From: Vicugna vicugna
Taxonomy: Eukaryota
DNA length: 64,000 nucleotides
Direction of reading: 5' to 3'
NCBI GenBank assembly: GCA_013265495.1
Contig: MU058781.1
Span: 1,592,963 to 1,656,962 of the forward strand
Part shown: one piece after another, positions 54,355 through 64,000 of the stretch
Position numbering within the stretch: the first letter of the stretch is position 1
How the letters are laid out: each line of letters begins with the position of its first letter
The notes under the pieces: generated by a model
The model's input: only the letters and a program-made list of their open reading frames with translations
Databases searched by the model: none
Told to the model about the DNA's origin: nothing
Position numbers and translations under genes: made by a program

Positions 54355-57300
54355 TATATACTAGGAGGGTTAGGTTTCTATAGTTCTGATTTTATACTAC
54401 AATTAAAAAAAACACAAAGCACTAGCCCTACAGCAGCGTTCAATAGTTTCCTCCCATGGTTCTGTCTTACGTCTGCATTCCAGGAACTATTTCTCTTTCA
54501 TACCTGGTCCTCATTCTTATGTTGCTTTAAATAATATCTCTATCGTTCTGTTACAAGGCTTTATGCTTAGTTGCAGTTGGTAACATCTCTGACACTATTA
54601 AAATAGTTTGTTTTAAAATGCCTTCTATAATTGGCGCTTCATTTAAAGATTATTTTTTCTTTCACTGTAGTATGATTTCCATAAAATAAAATCACAGAAA
54701 CTGCTTCTCTGTTACATTCAGAAATTTAGGACCGACAAGAAATATGCTGTAGTTGTCAGAGCACTGAAGGCTTCCAAAAACAGGCTTTCTGGAGAAACGG
54801 GTGCTGAGAAATGCAGGAAGCTTTGTTCTTTCCCATGTACAGGAACATATTTGTCCACAGGAAACTTTGGAAGAAGCTGTGAGCTTTCAAATAACAAAGA
54901 GTGTGTATTATCATTTACTTTACTTCGTAAAGAGAGTAACCCCTTCAAGGCCCATGAGAAGTAATTAGGCTATGCTAACTCCATGGCCAGGATCTTGAAA
55001 AAGAAATCATGACAGCATATTCCATCTCCGCGTAGGGGTTCCTTCACATTTCTCAGCATAAATCTGAGCAAAGGATCTCAACAAATGCCAGCAAATGGTT
55101 CCCCTTGGCCTGAAAATTAAGATTTTTGATAAATGGTCTTTACACTATACACAGACACAGATTCTAACTATTAAGACATTAATATAGAGAAAGGCAACAT
55201 CTTTTCTGACCAAAACATGTATTTACTTTAAAATTTTTTTCCATTATCTGGCCAAGGAAATCTTTTGGGTTTGTTTTGTATTATGTGTGATAAGCAAAAC
55301 ATGGAGTAAAGTGTATTTCTTCTGATCATTTAGAGTTTTATTAAATCAGTCTTTTGCAGTTTATTATCAGCATGTCAGATGGCTTGGCATTCTCTTCTAG
55401 CTTCCCTATTTAAGGTGACATAAACATCTCTTTTAAGGAAATGGGTGCTCTAGAGGTTTACTGATTCTTTCTCGTTAAGTCACAATACAGAGGATATATT
55501 TGTCCAAAAGGCTGCAATGTTCCTCGTATCAGTAAAATTAATAAAAACACAGAAGGATTAAATGATCTGTGGTCAGAGAATCAGTGATGGAGTCAGTCTA
55601 ATACTTGAATCAGCCTAAAGCTGTTTGTTTTTTTCAGTGTGGTCCCCAACTTTTAAATAACCCATTCTTGCCAGCTTTTATGTCATTGATGCACCTCTCT
55701 TTGCCCCCAAAACTGTAGAATCTACGCCACCATGGAAGCTGCCCACACATCATCATCCCCTAAAAATCCCTAATTCCTAACTCAGCTCCTGGCCCTAAAC
55801 CACCAAGATGCTATAAACAAGCTGGAAAGTGCAGACGGTACCTCCCACCTTGACTACACCCTGGGGCTACAGCTGGCTCATCCTGATACCTGGAAGGACA
55901 TTGTGAAAAATAAGCCAGAAAGAATGAAGGAAAGACTGTGAGTGAGTAGGAGAGAAGGGAGTCTACCTGGACCACCTTAAGAAAATTACTACTTTTACTC
56001 TACCCCAAAATTATTTAATTAAGAAATTTAATGGGATAACAGTATCATCTCTTCTTTGCAAACCGGCTGCATATGCAACAAATTATTTTCATGTTAACAC
56101 CTAACTGAGGACAAGCATTGAGGGTCTGAGAGGTAGACAGTCATGTAGGCACTTCTGGAAAAGGACATATTGCTTAAGAAAGGAGCGGAGGAGGGAGCTG
56201 CCCAGGCAGGGAGAGAAGTTCACAGGTAAGAGGTGCCAGAAACAATACCGAAGTTTTAGCCTTGCAGCGGCTTAACAACCCACCAAAGTGGAATTCGTTG
56301 CCTCTTTCTCTTCCCCTGTTGAGACCATCAACCACCACCATCACCAGTATTGTCAGTACAACAGGTCAGTCAGTCGGGGATGCCCTCTGCCCTGGCCTGG
56401 AAGCACAGCCATTTTTGGAGAGAATACTCTAGAAACTTCACCCCAAGCCTAACCAACCAACCAACCTCCAAACAAACGCTGGAAACACAAAGTGTTTGCT
56501 TCGAGTGAGGGTGGCTATGGCATGGGATATACTTACATTCAGGGAAGAAGAAACAAACAAGGGATACAGCCATTTCCCAGCTTCTTTTGTTTGAGGGGCA
56601 GAGTGGTGACAATTATAGATATGACATAGATCTTTAAAAAGCTCTGATTCGTGGCTCTGAGAGACTCAGGCCAGTTTAAGCCCTGCCTAAGCTTTAAGTA
56701 AAACAGGCATACATACCATGTTCCCAAACAAAACTTTAGGAAGGCCTCTTTTGAGTCATATTCATTACAAAAGGCCCTGCAGAGTGAGCTGACCATCCCC
56801 GTACCCCCCTGAAAATATAAGGATAACAGCCTAATGTAAAGAGGAGTAGATATAAGAGTAAAGGTGGTGTTTTTTAAATCATCATTCCCATGTACCTACT
56901 CACTGATAGCACATAAACACTTACTATCAGTGCAGCACAGCAAGGTCCTAAATGGATTACTAGCCAAAGAGCAGTATCTGTAACTTAAAAGACAGGCTGC
57001 TATGGGTCCCCAGTTCACACCCAAGAATATTTCTCTATAAGTTACATATATTCTTCTCTGTTGACCTATGGAAAGCTAACTCTGCAAAAGAGGGATGTGT
57101 TAACATGATTTCTTACACACATGAATATTTCCATATGTGTATTTCCATATTGTGCAACAAGGCAAAACAAGTCAATGTAATATAACTATGATCTTCAATT
57201 AATTTAAAAGAACTGTTACGAACTTGGAATTTTCTACAGTCAAGCTACAATACTTACTGACTTTCTTATAAGTTAAACAAACCTTATTTTCTGCTTTAAA

Positions 57301-58269
57301 GAAAAAGACATTTATTTAGAGGCTCAATTATGGACCAACATTAGATAAATAATCTTATTTCTCTTCCATTTTTGTTGTCTTATTTTTATCTAAGTGCACA
57401 ATTACTGTAGACTTGAGCTTTCTTCTCAACAGCTTCTGCCAGCTAATAAGGGATTTAGACAGGATTAAAGAAGATTAACACAGAGGGCAAATGGAGGGTA
57501 AAATTTGGGTCTGCCAATTACTGAGCCGGTGAGTTTGGATGTCTTCAACTTGTCTTTGTAGAATCTGCTGTAATGTTATCACAAGGCTGGCTTAACGTTT
57601 GTTGTTTTTTTTTTTTTCCAAAAAAGTAACACCATAAAAATAACTAAATTGTTTAAAAAGCAAAACAAAACGATTTCAAACTAACCAAGTCATATAGAAA
57701 TTTTAAAAGGAGCTTTTACAATGGGAAAACAAAGATTCAGTGTTGAAAAATAAAAGCTTTATGCTGATATTCACAAATTGTTAAAAAACAAAATAATATG
57801 CCAAGGAAGAGATCAAACATCCTGCCCAAGGCCAGCTTTGCATAGGCATGAGGTGGCTTCCTTCAGGGGGAGTTTCTCTCTTCCTCAGCACGCGGGGTGA
57901 ACTGGGGGTTCGGGGTGGGGGGTAAAGGCCAAAAGAGTGTAAAGTAACTTTTGCCTCCACCGCTATTTCGACTCAAGGGGTTGTTTTTCTGATTAAAATA
58001 ACTGGTAACTTTTACTGTCTCTCTGAGAATTCCGTTATCATTATAACAAATGCCTGCTCGTTGTAAAAGATTATCTAAACACAATTACATAAATTTATTT
58101 CCTTTTAGAATTGAGGTTAACCACTAAAAACCAGTTTTATTGCCTCCCTGCCCCCCAGCTCCAACCCTGTCTTTAAATTAACCAAGTCTCTGTCTTATTT
58201 GCAGAAAGAAACAGTTTTTGTTACCAGACATTGATCTTTTTTCTCAAACCAGGGCCCTTCAAAGGCTCT

Positions 58270-59180
58270 TGAGGCCGATGTCCTGCCGGTTTGCGGGAAC
58301 CAGCCGCCACCGGCAGGCGACCCCCTGAGCCCCCACGGCTGGCTCGACTGGGAGCTCCCTCTAGGTCCATCCAGTGCCGGGACTCCGCTTTTACCCGGGA
58401 GTCACTTGGGGTGCACGAATAAGCACTGAATTTGGACCCAGTTTCTCTTTCTTCTCTCTCTTTTACTTTGTAACAGTTCTGAACTCAGTTCCGCTGCCTT
58501 CCCGAGACCCGATCCCGCCCCTCACTCCTGAAAGTAGTGTCCCCTCCAGCCCAAGCACTAAAGGGAGCCGAGGAGGGGAGGGAGGGAGTTGGGGGACCCT
58601 GGCGGAGAGGTTCAGGGGTGCTGGCCCCTCAGACTGAAGGATGCCCGCCGTCATCCTCCAACCCGGCACTGACCCCGGCGGTGTAGGAGCGCAGGAAAGT
58701 GGTCAAGGGAGCCTGGGAGAGCACCCACACAGCAGGCGCAGGCTGACCCCTTCCCGCCCGCCGTCCCTCCGGTCTCCTCTCCTTCCCTCCCCACTTCTCC
58801 CCTCCCCGAGTCCTCCTCCCTCCAGTCCCTCCCCTACCAGTGTCCGGGCCCCTTCTCTCGGTGGAGGTTGGCCCTGGTAGGACAGGGCGCCGAGGGGACA
58901 TGCCGGGCCGCCTCGCAGGACAGGTTCAGGCTGGGTAGGACGGAGGGTGGCGGCCCCGCAGCCCTCTCGGGATTGCCTGCCCGCGCCGGCCGCTTACCTC
59001 GTTCGCTCCCTTGTGAAGCGCCGGCGTCTGTGTGTTTCGTCTCCTAGGAAACGGCGGGGGTGCGCCAGCTGCTGCGCAGCCGCCCGCTTACACCCCGCCC
59101 ACAGGGGCGTGGTCGATCCGGGAAAGCCCCGCCCGTGCGCACACGTCCCGCCTCCCTAGGGGCGGGGCTTCCGGGAACAC
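58270..59180 (-). promoter_or_regulatory. MAK: MAK CpG-island promoter with non-coding exon 1 (donor after 58998)
   Basis: CpG-rich; strong donor GAG|gtaagc at 58998/58997; GC boxes at 59093-59100, 59104-59114, 59127-59134, 59159-59167; TSS not determinable. Confidence 0.85.
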
Positions 59181-60665
59181 CTGGATGTATATTCAACTTG
59201 CAGTACCCTCTGCCGTTTAATTTGGGGCTAGGGAGAGTCCCGATTACCTTTTCAGTTCTTATAGGAAGTTGGTTTGCTTGCCCTTTATTTTGTTTTCGTT
59301 TGTTCCGTTTCATTTACAAAGCCTTGATTCATTGAATCTGGTCCCTAAGACTTGTGAAGACCGAGAGGAAGGCAACGTTTGCCTCGAAGTACTTGTATTT
59401 GTTTATATATGCACTACCTGGGGGAAAAGCACTCTGGATTGCAGTTCCTTATACTGGTCAACTCTTCAGATATGTTATTTCCTGGGTCACGCTTCTAAAT
59501 TTGTTTTCACTTCTCCGTTCAAGGAACTTACTCAGTACCAGTCACAGTGTTAGAGCGTGGTAATCCCAAGATAAATATGTGGATGTGTGAATAGGTGAGT
59601 AAATGGTAACTAGCCTAGAGTTGTGAGTAAAGGGTACACTTGTGTCACTGCAAAACAAACAAAAAACTCAGTTGGCTAGCAAAAATCCGAAGCATGAGAG
59701 ATGGGGCAGTGATGTATCCATTGGTAATTACCTATTAGGTGTCAAGCTCTGAACTTGGCACCAAGAATGACACCAAGGTAGCAGGACAGACATGTTCTCG
59801 GCCCTCTCACAGTTATAAGTGAAATTGCAGGTGAAGTGAGAAGCGTATGTTAGATCATGGAGAGTTTATATGCCCCATTGTGAAGATTAAGCCTTCGTAA
59901 TCTACCTATGAAGGTAGATTTCAGCAGTGAGTCTAGAGGCAAAAGAAAGAAAAAGAGGCTATGTCAATTTATCAGGAAGGAATGATGAGGATCCAACTAT
60001 AACAGTGATGATGGAAATAGGAGAGAAAGGGACAGATTCAAGGGCTATTTAGGTTAATATTGACAGGACCATGTGGCTTGGATGAGTGGTGAATAGTGGT
60101 GTCCAAATTTAAGCTGAGAAATATTGGAAAAGGAGCAGATTTGGAGATGGAGTGTGGGAGAAATAATAAACCCACTTTTGGAAATTTTGAGTTTGAGAAA
60201 ATTGAAATGGAGCTTATAAGAAGGCAAGACTGGAGAGGGGTAGTGAACAGGTTTGAGAAATTGAAAATAGTGAGTGTAGAATACTCTTAAAGTTTTGCTG
60301 TGAAAAAAGGGAAAGAAGATGAATTGGTTGTTAGAAAGGAGAAAGAGGCTTTTTTTCAAAAAGGAAAAGATTTGAGGACATTTATAAGGTTGAGGGACAT
60401 GAATGGTAGCGAGAGAGAATGGACATATAAGAGAAGGAAGGATAATCAAGCAAGATCCTGGCATTGGGGATGGGGCTGTGGAGATTGAGGCTGGAGGAGG
60501 AATTAGCCCTTGACGAGGGGAAAATAACTCTCCTCTAAAGTAAGTCTGGAGGTGACCTGGCAGACATTATGGCCTTGGTTGTGTTTGCGTTTGATCAGTT
60601 CAGACTGGTGTAGTTTATGCAGCTGCATTTCCTACTGAAGCATTGTCATTGTCATTTCCTCCCTG

Positions 60666-60666
60666 T

Positions 60667-60709
<43 letters not shown>
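60666..60709 (+). repeat. (TTTA)n microsatellite
   Basis: About 11 near-perfect TTTA units, seen directly. Confidence 0.9.
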
Positions 60710-63700
60710 GTGTTATTTTTTCAAGTAGTGAAAGGGAAAAGAAAGTCACCCACCCTCAGTCTAGTTCTCTAGCCAGCCCTTATTAAGCACCTACTATGTG
60801 CCTGCACTGTTCTTTGTACTGGGAGTACAACAGTGAACAAGACTCTCAGAAGCCAGTTCTCAAAGTCCTATCTGAGGACCCTTTAGGCAAGACCTGAGAG
60901 ACAGAAGGAAGCAGGCACATGAAGGCCAGGGAGTGGGTACCACAGAGGAAAGAGCAGGAAGGGCATCTGTTGGTGGGGGAGAATGTATGGGATGGGGTTG
61001 GAAGGGGAGGCAAGACCCATTATCACACAGGGCCTCCTAGGACAGAACTTACTGCCTCCTCTAATCTCAACTTGAGACACTTCTGGTTGTTTAACTTGTC
61101 CTTTTATTGAATGGCCTCATGTTACTGTGTAGTTCCTGACCCTTACTCTGAATTCTACCCTGTTCGATCTGCAGTGGACCTCTTGTTTTGCCTGTTCAGT
61201 ATATACTCCTCCTTGTCAGGTGTTCCCCCCTGTTTTCCTTTGGCGGGGGACACCTTTGATCCATTTGTCTCTGTGATTCAGCTTCAGGGACCAACATATA
61301 AGCCACTCAGTCTCAGTGATTGACTTACAGAGATGGGCACATGGTTCTAAGATCCCAGGGAAAAGGTCTTCTCTTTCTGTTAGGGATACTTGTCAATAAA
61401 ATGAGGGCATGGAGCCGCTGGCCACCATCTTTGCTGCGCATCTTTGCTGGGATTGAATGCAGAGGAGTGCAGAGCTGACAGAAATGAGATCGTTCCCAGA
61501 TGACAGATTTTGAGTACCTATATTGAGCCATGCCGGAATTTATTCCTGGTCTTTTCAACTGCAAGAGCCAGAAAAGTCCTCTTTTTTGTTTACAGTCATT
61601 TGCTTTTCATTTCCACTCATGACTGAAAGCTCCTCTGACTTACACAAGACCATAGAGAAGACTGACTTCTTCTCTTACATGTTAACCCTTCCGGCATTTG
61701 AAGTTAGCTGTCCCCTCCCTCCACGTCTTCCCCAGGGACCCCAGAATTGCAGGGTGAGCAGTCATGTAATCACTCCAACCCCCAGTGAATTCCTCCTTCA
61801 GTCTCAAAGCCAAGTGTATGATCCTGACATTCGGTTAATGACTTGAGGGATCAGAACATTCCTGGTTCAATACATTTCTGACTATTCCATCCTCTTTCAC
61901 TTCTTCCTCAATTCCCAACTCTGATCTAGCTAGCATCAAATGATGTGTTTAGGGGTTATCCCCCCTCCTTAGGATTTCAATTAAATTGTTTTCTAAAGGA
62001 ATGTATGAATGTAAAGAACTATAAAAGATCATGATCAAATTTTAACCCTAAACTCAAAACTAGTTTCACATGGTTGTAATTTTAAAAACGGACCCTTCTT
62101 GCTTTATTTTTCTTCATAGCATAAATCACCTTGAATATACTATGTAATCAATTATTCTTTTTGTTTATTGTTTGCTTTCCCCTTCATCCCCACTAAATTA
62201 TGATCTTCACAGGGCAGGGATGTCATGTGATTTGTTCATTGTTGTTTTCATAAAAGTAGAAGAGTACCTGACACATAGTGGGCATTCAGTAAACATTTGT
62301 TGAATGAATGAATGATATAGATTCTGCCCTTTAGAACGGGAATTTGCATTTTGCTAGAACAATATACACTTGTTTGATTCACTTTTATTTTTACAAAGAT
62401 ATTCCTAATCAATTGCTTCTTAGATTTGCTTTTCTGGGCAACTGCTTTGCATTAGAAGCATTTAATTTTTTTTAATTTACAATATTTATTTTCACTTTTT
62501 CAAATAGAAGTCAGTTGGAAAAAAGTGGAAGACACAGGCAAGTTGAAAAGGAGAAAACAAATATTATCCTCCTCTGTTTACTATTTCATATTTTGCTGAA
62601 TTTCTTTCCATTTTATTTTTTTTTAATTTTGCTATAAAATAAAAGCTGACATCACTGAAGAAGCCAGTTCCAGAAACAGTTTCCACTCTAAAGCAAGGAA
62701 ACTACTTCATAGCATCATGTAAAGAGATTTTCCACTTAAGCAAGAATATGTGTGGATGAGTTGCTTTTTGACATGTTCGCAGCTTGTAGCTTTTCACCAG
62801 ATCAAGGATGTCTGAGCGACTCAGTGACACACAACAGCATCTTGGCTAAGTGCCATCCCAGGACTGGGACCCTCTTCACTGACCTCAGAGACGTCCCAGA
62901 AGCTGCAGGCATAAGCCAGGGAGGGCTCCTATCTGGGAGATCAAAAGACATTGAACCCAAAACACTCGATTGGAACTTCAGGGACAAAACATCCCTGTGG
63001 ATGACTTTGACTGTCTTGAAGGGCCACAGGGCACGGTTGGGAACCTGAGATCTGGCCTGTCTGTCAAGAAGCAGCTACTTCACTGTGTTACGTTTACGCA
63101 AACTCTCCAGTTCACTACGTACCTTTCACAAATAAGTCCAGAGAGTCTGCCCTGCTTCAGCGGAAGTCATAAATTATATCACCTCAAGTGTGTTTGCTTC
63201 TGTCAAGTGAATTTGTGGAACTGATTTTTATCAATGTTTCTAGGTCCAGCAACTTTGTTTATATGTTTTATTCACTGACTTAGAAGATTCTACTGTAATA
63301 TGATATCTCATCAAGTTCCTGCCCAAAATGAAGTTCAAAAGCTCTGAAATAAACATTTTAAAATACTGGAGAGACATTATAAAGACAAGTGACCATGGAA
63401 ATTCTAATTTTCATTCCCAGCTCTTTTCATTTCTTAAAATGCGTATTTCTTGATTTGGGTCACAATGGGACATTTGGTGGAGGTTTTGTTTAAAAAAAAA
63501 AACAAAGCTCAGGAAATCAATTCAGCTTTTTAAAGCACAGGAGGTAAATGTAAGCTTCACATTTTAAAACACCACACAAGTCTTTGATAAGTATAATTTT
63601 TAATCAGTTTCATACAGAAATATTTTAAAGAGAAAGGAGTTTGTTCTCTTAAGCTTACTAGTTATAAATGAAAAATTAGTCCACTTCACTAGATATTTTG

Positions 63701-63795
63701 ACAACAATGCATGCTCATTTTTTAAAATTGAAGTATAGTCAGTGTGAGTGTGCAGGAGAAAGGAAAGAGGAAATGGAATCAAAGATCAAAGAACT

Positions 63796-63930
63796 GGTGG
63801 GGGTAAGGTATAGCTTAGTGGTAGAGCACATGCTTAGCATGCACAAGATCCTGGGTTCAATCCCCAGTATCGACACTGAAAGAATAAATTAAAAAAAAAA
63901 ATTACCTGCCCCCAAAAGATTTTTTTAAAA
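63796..63930 (+). mobile_element. Vic-1-type SINE
   Basis: GGTATAGCTTAGTGGTAGAGCACATGCTTAGCATGCACAAGATCCTGGGTTCAATCCCCAG + A-rich tail; TSD atcaaagaact at 63785-63795 and 63931-63941. Confidence 0.85.
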
Positions 63931-64000
63931 ATCAAAGAACTAATACAAGAGTAGTACAGAACTGAAGGGCACTGGTTTGCAGATTCAAGGAGCCCCCCAA

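Noticed and set aside
62700..63250. Unique-looking segment with 60-98 aa ORFs upstream of MAK
   Set aside because: No recognisable protein and no convincing splice-site pair; a lncRNA exon cannot be supported from sequence alone.
63798..63870. tRNA-like sequence with A and B boxes
   Set aside because: A-rich tail, TSDs and multiple diverged copies show it is a SINE, not a tRNA gene.

Overview
Mammalian genomic DNA. The tRNA-derived Vic-1-type SINEs and artiodactyl-type L1 tails suggest a camelid (inference). Two convergent spliced genes can be reconstructed exon by exon. TMEM14C lies on + (5 coding exons, 1555-6409, 114 aa). MAK, a ciliary CMGC kinase with a TDY activation loop, lies on - (14 coding exons, 53479-14275; 644 aa with the 75-nt retina-type exon, 619 aa without; non-coding exon 1 in a CpG island at ~59.0 kb). 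The rest is intron or intergenic sequence filled with L1, L2, MIR, MaLR LTR, DNA-transposon fossils and young SINEs. Almost all ORFs in the supplied track are spurious or are exon fragments. I see no new multi-gene system. The best leads are regulatory or retrotranspositional: a candidate 50-nt NMD-escaping exon in the last MAK intron, an apparent L1 3' transduction, a polyadenylated LTR-like insert with TSDs, overlapping uORFs in the MAK leader, splicing motifs around the retina exon, and an RFX X-box at the MAK start. Gene identities, human comparisons and repeat names are from recall, not database searches.
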